This document shows positions 28,565 to 38,006 of a stretch of DNA of 64,000 nucleotides, piece after piece. The stretch spans positions 1 through 64,000 of the forward strand of contig JBBRNJ010000006.1 in the NCBI GenBank assembly GCA_038230375.1, read 5' to 3'. Position 1 is the first letter of the stretch. Every line of letters begins with the position of its first letter. This DNA comes from Polyangiales bacterium (GTDB lineage: Bacteria; Myxococcota_A; Polyangia; Polyangiales; Polyangiaceae). Both the position numbers and the translations under genes were made by a program. The notes beneath the pieces were generated by a model that had not been told where the DNA came from, ran no database searches, and worked only from the letters and a program-made list of their open reading frames with translations.

Positions 28565-29875
28565 ATGGCTTCTGCGCTGGGCGGGGTGGGCGACGGGACC
28601 ACGGGTGGCAGCACCCGTGCACGGCTCGTGGCTGGGTTCCAGCGTGTGCGCACCGCCACGGAGGCGCTCGCAGCGCCGCTCTCACCGGAAGATCAGGGTC
28701 TGCAGAGCATGCCGTCGTGCAGTCCCACGAAATGGCATCGCGCGCACACCACGTGGTTCTGGGAGACGTTCCTGCTCGGGCCCGCCGGCCTTGCGCCGCA
28801 CAACGCGTCGTGGGCGCCGCTCTTCAATTCGTACTACGTCGCCGCCGGCCCGCGGAGCCCACGCCCCTTGCGCGGGATGCTCTCGCGGCCCACGACACCG
28901 CAGATCGCGGAGTACCGCCGCGTGACGGACGCGCGCGTCCTTGCGTTTCTCACGGAGCGTGACGACGACACGATCGCTCGCGCCGCCGCGCTCATCACGC
29001 TTGGGCTTGCGCACGAGGAGCAGCACCAGGAGCTGCTGCTCACCGACATCCTGAACGCGTTCCACGACAACCCGCTCCGGCCGTCCTATCGCGAAGACCG
29101 CGAAGAGCGCGGCTCCACGATGCCAACCGCGGTGCCCGTCGCGACCGCCTTCCATCGTCACGAAGGCGGCGTGTTCGAGCAGGGCAAAACGGCGGACGCA
29201 TCGTTCCGTTTCGACAACGAAGAGCCGCGTCATCGTGTCTTCGTGGAGCCGTTCGAGCTCGCCGATCGCCTCGTCACCGTCGGTGAATGGAAGGCGTTTT
29301 CGGATGCCGGCGGCTACGACACCGCGTCCCTCTGGCTCTCCGACGGCTTCGACTGGAGCAAGGCGAACGAAGTCCGCGCGCCGCTCTATGGGACGCGCGA
29401 CGGCAGTGCGCTCGTTGCGTTCGGGCTCAGTGGCACGCGCGAGCTGCGCGACGACGAGCCGATCTCCCATCTCTCCTTCTACGAGGCGGATGCGCTCGCA
29501 CGCTTCCTTGGCGCCCGCCTCCCCACCGAGGCGGAATGGGAGCTCGCTGCGCGCGCGTCTGGTCGCGACCCCGCGCAGGGCAATTTCCTGCCCCCATCGC
29601 TACGCCCCCGCGCCGCAAGCACCGAGCCGCTGTCGCAGCTCTACGGTGACGTGTGGGAGTGGACATCCTCCGCGTATGCGCCGTATCCCGGTTTTCTACC
29701 CGGCGCGGGCGCCGTGGGGGAGTACAACGGCAAGTTCATGGTGAACCAGCAGGTGCTCCGCGGCGGCTCGTGTCTCACTCCGCGCGGCCATGTGCGTGCG
29801 TCGTATCGAAATTTCTGGCACCCTGACGCGCGCTTCCAGATGACGGGCCTCCGGCTCGCGAGGTCTCACAGATGA
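28565..29875 (+). CDS. egtB: Ergothioneine sulfoxide synthase EgtB
   Basis: SPTKWHRAHTTWFWE, HEEQHQELLLTD, FGE domain, GEYNGKFM, YRNF. Confidence 0.92.
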   Translation: MASALGGVGDGTTGGSTRARLVAGFQRVRTATEALAAPLSPEDQGLQSMPSCSPTKWHRAHTTWFWETFLLGPAGLAPHNASWAPLFNSYYVAAGPRSPRPLRGMLSRPTTPQIAEYRRVTDARVLAFLTERDDDTIARAAALITLGLAHEEQHQELLLTDILNAFHDNPLRPSYREDREERGSTMPTAVPVATAFHRHEGGVFEQGKTADASFRFDNEEPRHRVFVEPFELADRLVTVGEWKAFSDAGGYDTASLWLSDGFDWSKANEVRAPLYGTRDGSALVAFGLSGTRELRDDEPISHLSFYEADALARFLGARLPTEAEWELAARASGRDPAQGNFLPPSLRPRAASTEPLSQLYGDVWEWTSSAYAPYPGFLPGAGAVGEYNGKFMVNQQVLRGGSCLTPRGHVRASYRNFWHPDARFQMTGLRLARSHR

Positions 29876-30840
29876 GCGAGCATGCAGCAACGAGTGACCT
29901 CATGGAGGCGGTGAAGTGCGGCCTCACGCGCGCGCGCAAATCGTTGCCGCCGTTCCTGTTCTACGACGAGCGCGGCTCCGCGCTGTTCGAGCGCATCACC
30001 ACGCTGCCCGAGTACTACCTCACGCGCACGGAGCGCGGCATCCTGGAGCGGGATGCTGCCCGTATCGCGAAGACCGTCCTTGCGTCGCTTGCAGGGCCCG
30101 TCGCCGTGCTGGAGCTGGGCGCCGGGACCGCCACGAAGACGGAGCTGCTTCTCCGCGCATTCGTCAAAGAACGTGCAGACCTCACGTATTTCCCCGCGGA
30201 CGTGTCGCCCACGCCGCTGGAGCAAGGTCGCGCGCGTCTTGCCACGAACCTTCCGCGCCTCGCGGTCTCGCCGATCGTCGGGACCCATGCCGAGGCGCTC
30301 GACAAGATCTCCCGCTGGGAAGGGAGCGTGGTCGTCCTGTTCCTGGGCAGCTCGATCGGCAACTACGAGGACAACGAAGCAGCAGCGCTGCTGTCCGACG
30401 TGCGCGGTGCGCTCGGTCAGCGCGGCGTGCTGCTGCTCGGCGTCGATCGCAAGAAGGCGAAAGAGGTGCTGGTGCCCGCGTACGACGACAGCGCCGGTGT
30501 CACAGCGGAGTTCAACCGCAACATGCTCCTGCGGCTGAACCGCGAGCTAGGCGCCGACTTCGATCCAGCCGCGTTCCGTCACGTGGCCCTGTGGAACGAG
30601 GACGCGGGCGCCATGGAGATGCACCTGGAGAGCACGGAGCCGCAGTCCGTGCATGTCGCGGCCCTGGCCCTGACGGTGTCGTTCGAGCGCGGTGAGCGCA
30701 TTCACACCGAGTCCAGCCACAAGTACGACCAGGCGCGCGTGAGCCGCCTGCTCGCCATGTCGGGCCTCCGCGACGTCGCCGCGTTCAGCGACGAGCGCCG
30801 CTGGTTCTCGCTCCACGTCGCAGCCCCCCTGGACGCGTGA
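29872..30840 (+). CDS. egtD: Histidine trimethyltransferase EgtD
   Basis: FYDERGSALFERITTLPEYY, ELGAG, FLGSSIGN, AYDDSAGVTAEFN, IHTESSHKY. Confidence 0.93.
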   Translation: MSEHAATSDLMEAVKCGLTRARKSLPPFLFYDERGSALFERITTLPEYYLTRTERGILERDAARIAKTVLASLAGPVAVLELGAGTATKTELLLRAFVKERADLTYFPADVSPTPLEQGRARLATNLPRLAVSPIVGTHAEALDKISRWEGSVVVLFLGSSIGNYEDNEAAALLSDVRGALGQRGVLLLGVDRKKAKEVLVPAYDDSAGVTAEFNRNMLLRLNRELGADFDPAAFRHVALWNEDAGAMEMHLESTEPQSVHVAALALTVSFERGERIHTESSHKYDQARVSRLLAMSGLRDVAAFSDERRWFSLHVAAPLDA

Positions 30841-30849
30841 ACACTGTTC

Positions 30850-31710
30850 TCACAGGACGTCGAACAGCGCTTCCTTCGCGATGTAGCTCACGTAGCGGAA
30901 ATCGCGGATGTTCGTGACCTTGCCGGCATCGACGTCGAGCAGGATGAAGTACGACGGCGTTGCTGCGCCGTCCACGAACGCGGCGAGCGCCAGCTGGCCC
31001 TCCAGCCGCACCACCTTGAGCGACACGTTCGCCTTCGCGTAGTTGCCGAAGTACATGCCCACCTCCTTGCCGCGCCGCTGGGACTTGCCGACCAGGTCCA
31101 GCTTGCAGTCGTTCTGGATCAGCGCGCGCACGCCGTCCCAGTCGCGCGCATTGAAGAGCGACGCATAGCGATCCAGCTCCGCCCGCGCGGACGAATCGAT
31201 CGGCTTCGCGTCCTCTTCTTCGACGAGCTTCGCGCGCCCGCGCACCAGCGCTGCTTTCACCGCCATCACTGTGGTTCCCATTGTCTGCGCGGTCTCCTCC
31301 AGCGAGTGATCGAGCACGTCCTTCAAGATCACCGCGCTCCGCTGCGTCATGGGCAACGACAGGAATCGCGCCAGCGCTGCTCGCACGACCGCGGGCTCAG
31401 GGCGCTCCTCGAAGGAGGCGGTCTCGTCGATCACGTCGCTCGGGTCCGTGTACTTCCGCCCGTGGCTCTTCATGAAGTCGAGCGCGCAGTTGTGCGCGAT
31501 GCGAAAGAGCCACGGCTTGAGCGCCGGCACCTCCTGCGACAGTGAGAGCGCGTAGAACGCCCTCGCGAGCGTGTCCTGCACGATGTCCTCACCCTCGATG
31601 ACGGAGCCGGTGAGTCGCGCGCAGTAGCGATGCAGCTCCGGGCGGACCGAGTCCACCATGGAAAGGAACTGCTCGCGCGCCTGGTTCAGGGTCTCGGGGA
31701 TCGCGGTCAC
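30850..31710 (-). CDS. ECF sigma factor with C-terminal SnoaL-like extension
   Basis: ELHRYCARLTGS..EDIVQD, WLFRIAHN, sigma4 region, SnoaL-like tail. Confidence 0.88.
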   Translation of the reverse strand: MTAIPETLNQAREQFLSMVDSVRPELHRYCARLTGSVIEGEDIVQDTLARAFYALSLSQEVPALKPWLFRIAHNCALDFMKSHGRKYTDPSDVIDETASFEERPEPAVVRAALARFLSLPMTQRSAVILKDVLDHSLEETAQTMGTTVMAVKAALVRGRAKLVEEEDAKPIDSSARAELDRYASLFNARDWDGVRALIQNDCKLDLVGKSQRRGKEVGMYFGNYAKANVSLKVVRLEGQLALAAFVDGAATPSYFILLDVDAGKVTNIRDFRYVSYIAKEALFDVL

Positions 31711-31719
31711 GGTGCGAGG

Positions 31720-32142
31720 CTACTTCTTCTTGCGGACGGCGGGCATGCGGTTGTTCTTGGGCGCGTGCTCCACCTGGGCAAGGCCCAGCGCCTCGAGCAC
31801 GGGCGGCAGGTACATGCCGAAGCGACCACGGAGGCCCTTCTTCAATCCGTACCAGCCCTTCACGGGGTTCTTCTCCGACCGACCCCACGACTCCACGGTG
31901 CCGTCCGCAGCGGGCTTCTGTTCGTCCGCGCTGCCGAGCAACATCCAGTCGCCGTGCTTCACGAGCATGGCGTGCAGATCCTCTATGCAACGCAGCTGGT
32001 ACTTCAGCTGCGTCTTGCCGACCTGGACGACGAGCGCCTTGGGGTCCGCTTCCTCGTCCGTCCACACCTCGTATTCCGCCGTGCCGGGCGGCGTCTTGAG
32101 TGCGGTGGGCTTGTCCTTCGTTCCCAGCTTCTTCGCAGCCAT
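31720..32142 (-). CDS. Conserved hypothetical protein (DUF6855-like)
   Basis: LKTPPG, LGSADEQKPA, WYGLKKGLRGRFGMY; start MAAKK overlaps the upstream stop. Confidence 0.75.
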   Translation of the reverse strand: MAAKKLGTKDKPTALKTPPGTAEYEVWTDEEADPKALVVQVGKTQLKYQLRCIEDLHAMLVKHGDWMLLGSADEQKPAADGTVESWGRSEKNPVKGWYGLKKGLRGRFGMYLPPVLEALGLAQVEHAPKNNRMPAVRKKK

Positions 32143-32621
32143 CAGTTCTTCCCTTCTGCAGCGCGCTTGAGATCTGCCGCGTACGCCTCGAATGCAGGTG
32201 CGAAGTCGGGCAGCGACCCCTTGATCATCGGAACCATCACGCCAGTGAACACCTCCGCCATCCGGAATGTAACGGACCCGTCGTCGTTCGGGGAGAGCGT
32301 GAAGGTCCGGACCCCCTTGAACATGGGCGCGAAGCCGTCGCTCCAGCTCATGGAGCGGGAAGGCTGGAACGCGGTGACCTTGAGCTTGAACACGCGCCCG
32401 GGAGCGATGGGCGCGCGGAGCTCCAGCGTCTCGCCCAGGGCCACGGTGCCGACCAGGCTCGAGACCGTGCTGTTCCACGAGGGCATGCTCGCCGCATCCG
32501 TGAGGAGCGCCCAGATCGTGTCGGCAGATGCGTGTATGTTGCAACTGACCTCGCACGCCATGGAAAAGGTGGCGGAGGACTTCTTGGCTGTGGGGGATTT
32601 CTCGGTGATCGTGGCTTCCAT
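32142..32621 (-). CDS. SRPBCC/polyketide cyclase family protein
   Basis: IHASADTIWALLTD..MPSWN, FKGVRTFTL, EVFTG, DLKRAAE. Confidence 0.85.
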   Translation of the reverse strand: MEATITEKSPTAKKSSATFSMACEVSCNIHASADTIWALLTDAASMPSWNSTVSSLVGTVALGETLELRAPIAPGRVFKLKVTAFQPSRSMSWSDGFAPMFKGVRTFTLSPNDDGSVTFRMAEVFTGVMVPMIKGSLPDFAPAFEAYAADLKRAAEGKN

Positions 32622-32736
32622 GGCCTGAAGACGACCGGGCATTCGAAAAGGATGCGGCCCTACGCAAAAATTCTCGTCTCGCGGTCTTCCGCCGCATGCG
32701 CCAAGCCGGCAGGGCGTTGTCGTGTCAGACTTCAGG

Positions 32737-33018
32737 ATGGCTTATCGATCTTCGGAACAAGGCATCACGTCACTCATGGAGGAGCAGCGCGAGCTCCGGG
32801 CCCTGGAGCGGCAGGCGCACGTGCGGAAGGTGCGGGCAGCACTGACCGTGGTCGCCGCGCTCGGCGCGCTGCTGGGCGCTGTAGGTGTGATCGCCTCGCA
32901 GCCTCCACCCGCCCGCTACGTGTGCCGCGAGAGCCGTCGCGAGCACGAGGTCTTCACCTATCCGGGCGGTACCATCCGGCGCCCCGCGGATACGTGGACC
33001 ACCTGCGCGTGGAGGTGA
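32737..33018 (+). CDS. Small hypothetical single-TM protein
   Basis: MAYR start, coiled segment, TM helix, Cys pair. Confidence 0.55.
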   Translation: MAYRSSEQGITSLMEEQRELRALERQAHVRKVRAALTVVAALGALLGAVGVIASQPPPARYVCRESRREHEVFTYPGGTIRRPADTWTTCAWR

Positions 33019-33030
33019 CGGCTCCCCGGA

Positions 33031-34011
33031 TCACTTCACAAGGCCCGAGCGGATGACGAGCAGGGAGCCCGTGGCGACCACGACCCACAGCACCACGCCC
33101 TGGATGAGCGGCCGCAGCCCGACCTTCTTCAGGCTTGCGCGCGACATCCCCGTTCCGATCAGGAACAGCGTGATGGTGAGCCCGATGCGACCACCCTTCG
33201 CGAGCCACGGATAGATCGCGTCCAGCGCGGTCACGTACGTGCTCATCACCGCGGCGAGCAGGAAAAAAAGGATGAACCAGGGCCATGGAATCGACTTCAC
33301 GGCCGGGGCCTTGCCGTCCTTGTCCTTCGCGTTCTCCGCGCTCTTCTTTGCGAGGTGCGCCCGCACGCCCGCTGTGGCAAGCGTCAACGGCACGATCCAC
33401 AGCGCGCGTGCGAGCTTCACGGTCGTCGCCACTGTGAGCGCCGTGGTGCCGTACTTCGCGCCCGCGCCAACGACGGAGCTGGTGTCGTGGATCGCGAGCG
33501 CCGCCCACAGGCCGAACTGCGGCTCGGTCAGCTCGAACGCGTGGCCGAGCGGCGGAAAGAGCAGCAGGCCGAGCGCGTTCAACAGGAACACCGTGCCGAT
33601 GGAGACGGACATCTCCTCGTCCGTGGCGTCCACCGCAGGCCCCACAGCGGCGATCGCGCTTCCGCCACAGATCGCAGTGCCGACGGAGATGAGGTACGCC
33701 GCCTTCGTCGGGACGGAGAGCACGCGACCAAGCAGCGTACCCATGCCGAGCGCGAACGCGATGCCCACCATCGTGTAGACGAAGCCGGACTTGCCCGCGT
33801 GCAACACCTCCTCCAGATTCATCGCGAAGCCGAGCGCAACCACGGACAGCTGCAGGAGCACCTTCGAGGCCGTGCGCGAGCCCGCGGCATACGGGTGCGG
33901 CGAGAGCATGCCGAAGGCAACGCCGAGCGTCAGCGCGAGCGGCGGCGACATCCATGGCGAAGGGATCGCCACGAGCAGCAGCAGCACGATGAACACGATG
34001 CGAGGGAGCAT
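33031..34011 (-). CDS. YeiH-family (putative sulfate exporter) membrane protein
   Basis: GTAICGGSAIAA, IHDTSSVVGA, KLARALWI. Confidence 0.9.
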   Translation of the reverse strand: MLPRIVFIVLLLLVAIPSPWMSPPLALTLGVAFGMLSPHPYAAGSRTASKVLLQLSVVALGFAMNLEEVLHAGKSGFVYTMVGIAFALGMGTLLGRVLSVPTKAAYLISVGTAICGGSAIAAVGPAVDATDEEMSVSIGTVFLLNALGLLLFPPLGHAFELTEPQFGLWAALAIHDTSSVVGAGAKYGTTALTVATTVKLARALWIVPLTLATAGVRAHLAKKSAENAKDKDGKAPAVKSIPWPWFILFFLLAAVMSTYVTALDAIYPWLAKGGRIGLTITLFLIGTGMSRASLKKVGLRPLIQGVVLWVVVATGSLLVIRSGLVK

Positions 34012-34137
34012 ATGGATCCGGGAGTGGCGCGTCGCAAGCGCCCACTACTCATAGCCGGTGGGGGTTGTGTCCAGGCGCGTTCTGTGAAGAAATGGTGTCC
34101 AATTTGCGTCGTCCCGGTTTCGAGCGACGCCCGGGGG

Positions 34138-35844
34138 ATGACCATGTCCGAAGAAAAAAGCACGCTGACGTTCGAGCCGCCGGGACCGGGAGTGTGGGAG
34201 CTCGAGACCGTGCACTTCACGAAGCCGATCTGTCGCTTCAGCCAGGCCCCCATGATGGAGGGCTTCGGCGAGGGCTTCTCGGAGGGCACCGCGAAATACG
34301 GAGTCATGCTCGACCGCATGGAGCCGCGCGTGGTGAACGACTTCATCTTCATGCAGCCGCGCCCCTTCGGCGCCCCGCTTGGCGCGAAGGGACCGCCGCC
34401 CAAGCTCATCTTCCAGATCTTGATGCGTGTGGTGCCGAAGATCCGCGCCCGGATCCGCGCGTCGCGCGAGGCGTTCGAGACGAAGCGGTGGCGCAGCGAT
34501 CTGAAGGACTGGGACGACGTCGTGCGCCCCGCGTCCGACAAGAAGCACCGCGAGATCCAGGCCGTGGATCCAAAGTCGCTCTCCGACGAGAAGCTCATCG
34601 ACCATCTGAAGGTCTGCCGCGACCAGTGCCGCGACATGACCAAGCAGCACCACCAGTTCACGATCACCTGCGCGTTGCCGGTCGGTGACATGCTCGCCCA
34701 CGTGCAGGAGTGGACGAAGAAGCCGCTGGGTGAGGTGCTGCAGGTGATGCGCGGCTCCAGCAAGATCTCTCTCGGCGTCGCTGCGAAGGAGATGGATGCG
34801 CTTGCGGCCGCCCTCCGCACGGACGAGGCGGCGAAGGCTTTGCTCACGTCCAAGGGCCCGCCGGATACGATCGTGGAGCGACTGAAGACGCACGAAGGCG
34901 CCGTGGGCGAGGCGATGCGCGCTTACATCGACGCGGTCGGCTTCCGCACGCTCGGCTACGACGTCAGCAGTAAGTCCGCCATCGAGATGCCGGAGATGCT
35001 GGTCTGTGCGATCCAGACGTCCGTCGTGGGTGATCGCGCTGCGGACACCGGCAGCAAGGAGCGCATCGCGAAGCTGCGCGGCGAGATCCCGAAGGAGCAC
35101 CAGGAGGAGTTCGACTCACTCCTGGAGGAGGCGCGCGCCATCAACCGCCTGCGCGACGAACGCGGTCACTACTCCGACGGCTGGGCGACGGGCCTTGCGC
35201 GGCGCGCCCTGCTCGAGGTCGGACGGCGCCTCAAGGAGAAGGGGACGATCGACAATGCGGAGCTGACCGTGGACGCCAGCTTCGAGGAGCTGAGCGACAT
35301 GCTCCTTGGCAAGGACGGCCCCGCGCTCGACGAGCTGAAACGTCGCGCGACGTTCCGCAACACCCGCACCGTCAACGACGCAGACATTCCGCCGTGGCTC
35401 GGCGCAGCGCCGTCCGGTCCGCCGCCGGTCGAGTGGCTTCCCGAGGACGGTCGACGCGCGCAGCGTGCCATGAGCGCCTTCCTTGGCGGTCTCTTCACCG
35501 AGCCCGAACAAAAGCGAACCACCACGACGGTGAACGGACTGCCCGTCAGTCCCGGCATCTACGAAGGGACGGCGCGCCTCGTCGAGGACGAGGCCGACTT
35601 TGCCCGCCTCCAGCAGGGAGACGTGCTGGTCACGCGCGCAACCTCGCCGTACTTCAACGTGGTGCTGCCCATGCTCGGCGCGATCGTGACCGACCGCGGC
35701 GGTCAGCTCTGTCACGCGGCGATCGTGTCGCGTGAGTACGGCATCCCCGGCGTGGTCGGCACCAAGGACGCCACCAAGCTGGTGAAGGACGGCGCGCGTA
35801 TTCGCGTGGATGGAAGCAAGGGTGAGGTCACCGTCCTCGAATGA
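34138..35844 (+). CDS. PEP-utilising enzyme: substrate-binding plus phospho-His swivel domain (rifampin phosphotransferase/PEP-synthase-like C-half)
   Basis: C-terminal GDVLVT..TSP, VTDRGGQLCHAAIVSREYGIPGVVG; start MTMSEE. Confidence 0.85.
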   Translation: MTMSEEKSTLTFEPPGPGVWELETVHFTKPICRFSQAPMMEGFGEGFSEGTAKYGVMLDRMEPRVVNDFIFMQPRPFGAPLGAKGPPPKLIFQILMRVVPKIRARIRASREAFETKRWRSDLKDWDDVVRPASDKKHREIQAVDPKSLSDEKLIDHLKVCRDQCRDMTKQHHQFTITCALPVGDMLAHVQEWTKKPLGEVLQVMRGSSKISLGVAAKEMDALAAALRTDEAAKALLTSKGPPDTIVERLKTHEGAVGEAMRAYIDAVGFRTLGYDVSSKSAIEMPEMLVCAIQTSVVGDRAADTGSKERIAKLRGEIPKEHQEEFDSLLEEARAINRLRDERGHYSDGWATGLARRALLEVGRRLKEKGTIDNAELTVDASFEELSDMLLGKDGPALDELKRRATFRNTRTVNDADIPPWLGAAPSGPPPVEWLPEDGRRAQRAMSAFLGGLFTEPEQKRTTTTVNGLPVSPGIYEGTARLVEDEADFARLQQGDVLVTRATSPYFNVVLPMLGAIVTDRGGQLCHAAIVSREYGIPGVVGTKDATKLVKDGARIRVDGSKGEVTVLE

Positions 35845-36656
35845 GCGCAGTGTGGCTCACGGAGGTGGATGACGACGCGGCGCACGGCGGAAAAGCGGCG
35901 CAGCTCGGTGCTGCGCTTCGCGCGGGCCTGCCCGTGCCGCCGGGCTTCGCGCTTGCGCATGATCACGTGGACGAGATAGCGCACGTCGACGCGCACGCGG
36001 CGCCCGATCACGTCCTTGCGGCGTTCGCGTCGCTGGGTGGTCCGGTCGCCGTGCGCTCGTCCGCGATCGGCGAGGACGGCGCGGGCGCCAGCTTCGCAGG
36101 GCAGCATGCCACGGTGCTTGGTGTAGCGTGCGCGAAGACGTTGCTCGCGGCGATCCGCAAGGTTCGTGAGTCCGCCCACGCTCCATCCGCACTGGCCTAT
36201 CGCAAGCGCCTTGGCCTGGACGGTCTGCCGAAGATGGGCATCGTCGTGCAGCGCCTCATCAACGCAGACACGGCGGGCGTCCTCTTCACCAGGAACCCGC
36301 TCAGCGGTGACGACGAACGCGTGATCGAGGCTGCGTGGGGCCTGGGCGAGATCGTGGTCGCAGGTCTCGTGACGCCGGATCGTTATCGCATCGCGCGCGA
36401 CGGCAAGATCATCGAGCGTGTCGCAGGGGAGAAGGACATCGCCATTCGCATGCGCTCCGATGGGGGCACGCACGAGGCCCCGGTGGATGACCATCTGGTC
36501 TCCGCGCTCTGCCTCTCCGACGACGACCTCCGGTCCCTGCACGAGCTCGCTCTGCGCTGCGAGACACATGCGAGCGCACCGCAGGACATCGAGTTCGCTT
36601 TTGCCACGGGTCGTCTCTACCTGCTGCAGCGTCGGGCGATCACACGGATGGCCTGA
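35841..36656 (+). CDS. Stand-alone PEP/pyruvate-binding (ATP-grasp) dikinase domain
   Basis: HGGKAAQLG, VAVRSSAIGED, SFAGQH, AGVLFT, GLGE, DIEFA, LQRRAIT. Confidence 0.88.
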   Translation: MSAVWLTEVDDDAAHGGKAAQLGAALRAGLPVPPGFALAHDHVDEIAHVDAHAAPDHVLAAFASLGGPVAVRSSAIGEDGAGASFAGQHATVLGVACAKTLLAAIRKVRESAHAPSALAYRKRLGLDGLPKMGIVVQRLINADTAGVLFTRNPLSGDDERVIEAAWGLGEIVVAGLVTPDRYRIARDGKIIERVAGEKDIAIRMRSDGGTHEAPVDDHLVSALCLSDDDLRSLHELALRCETHASAPQDIEFAFATGRLYLLQRRAITRMA

Positions 36657-36659
36657 CGG

Positions 36660-37994
36660 GTGCAAGCTTCGGCCACGGCAACTGCCCCGCTCACGACGCG
36701 TGAGCTCGTCGCGCTTGCGCTCTCCATCGCGCTCGTGCCGCTCAACTCCACGATGCTCGCGGTGGCCATGCCGCAGATCGCGCACGACCTCACGGTGAAG
36801 CCCGAGGTGCTCACACAGGCGTTGGTCGCGAGCTACCTGCTCGTCGGCATTGTCCTGCAGAGCCCTGGCGGAAAGCTGGGCGATGGCATCGGTCACGGTC
36901 GCGCGCTCGGCCTGGGCCAGCTCGTGTTCGCAGTGGGTGCGATCATCGGCTTCGTCGGTCGCGCGTTGCTGCCCCTGGAGCTCGCGCGCGGCCTCATGGC
37001 AGCTGGCGGCGCGGTCATGGTCCCGAGTGCGTTCGCCCTCGTGCGTTCGCGCGCGCCCGCCAATGCGCAAGCGAAGGCGTTCGGTGCATTCGGCGCAGTC
37101 ATGGGCGTTGCCGCGGCCATCGGCCCGCTTGTCGGCGGTGAGATCGTCGCGCGTCTTGGCTGGCCAGCGCTCTTCGCAGTCAACGCACCGCCCGTGCTCA
37201 TCGCGGCGTTCCTTTCAAGGGGTAAGGGCGCGGAGTCGAAGCGCGCGATGCCGAAGTTCGATCTGCTGGGCAGCGCGCTCCTGGGCGTCGGACTGTTGCT
37301 CGTTGTGATCGGATTGCGGTCGCGGGGCTTCGTGTTGGCTGGCGTCGGCGCGCTCGTTGTCGTGCTCTTCTTCGCCTGGGAGAGACGCGCGAAGGATCCC
37401 GTCATCGACCCTTCGCTGTTCAAGAACCGCGCGTTCGCAACGGGCGTGCTGGTGGTGGGGCTGCAGAACCTGGCGATGTACGCGCTGATCTTCGAGCTTC
37501 CGCTGGTGCTCTCGGGCGCCTTCGACGCAGGGGCCAAGACGAATGGCCGTACGTTGCTCGCGCTCACGCTCGCCATGGTTTTCGGCTCCGTGACCAGCAG
37601 TCGCGTTGTCAGCCGGCTCACGGAGCGTGGCTGCGCGATGCTCGGCGGATCGATCGCGCTCACGGGGATGATCGTCCTTGCGACGAAGCCGCTTCACGGA
37701 CCCGGAGATCTGTTCTGGGGCCTGCTGCCGCTGGGCCTGGGCATCGGCCTCTCCACGCCGGCCCTTCAGGCAACGGCCATGGCCGCCGTGGACAAGAGCA
37801 AGAGCGGAATGGCCGCGGGGGTCTCGTCCACGGCGCGGTATCTCGGCGGCGTGCTGGGCGTCGGCATCGTCTCGTCGCTGCTGGGCGCAGGGGACGTGCT
37901 CGCGGCGCACCGGAAGGCGACCTTCACGCTGGCGCTGGTCCTTGCTGCGGCCGTGGCCGGGGCAACGCTGCTGCCCAGGCGCGAGAAGGCGTAG
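36660..37994 (+). CDS. MFS transporter (14-TM DHA2-like)
   Basis: LNSTMLAVAMPQIA, GKLGD..G, AIGPLVGG, PVIDPSLF. Confidence 0.88.
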   Translation: MQASATATAPLTTRELVALALSIALVPLNSTMLAVAMPQIAHDLTVKPEVLTQALVASYLLVGIVLQSPGGKLGDGIGHGRALGLGQLVFAVGAIIGFVGRALLPLELARGLMAAGGAVMVPSAFALVRSRAPANAQAKAFGAFGAVMGVAAAIGPLVGGEIVARLGWPALFAVNAPPVLIAAFLSRGKGAESKRAMPKFDLLGSALLGVGLLLVVIGLRSRGFVLAGVGALVVVLFFAWERRAKDPVIDPSLFKNRAFATGVLVVGLQNLAMYALIFELPLVLSGAFDAGAKTNGRTLLALTLAMVFGSVTSSRVVSRLTERGCAMLGGSIALTGMIVLATKPLHGPGDLFWGLLPLGLGIGLSTPALQATAMAAVDKSKSGMAAGVSSTARYLGGVLGVGIVSSLLGAGDVLAAHRKATFTLALVLAAAVAGATLLPRREKA

Positions 37995-38006
37995 CATCGG
38001 ACCCGT

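Noticed and set aside
33355..34137. N-terminal extension of the PEP-utilising ORF
   Set aside because: Antisense to the YeiH gene; the protein-like sequence starts at 34138.
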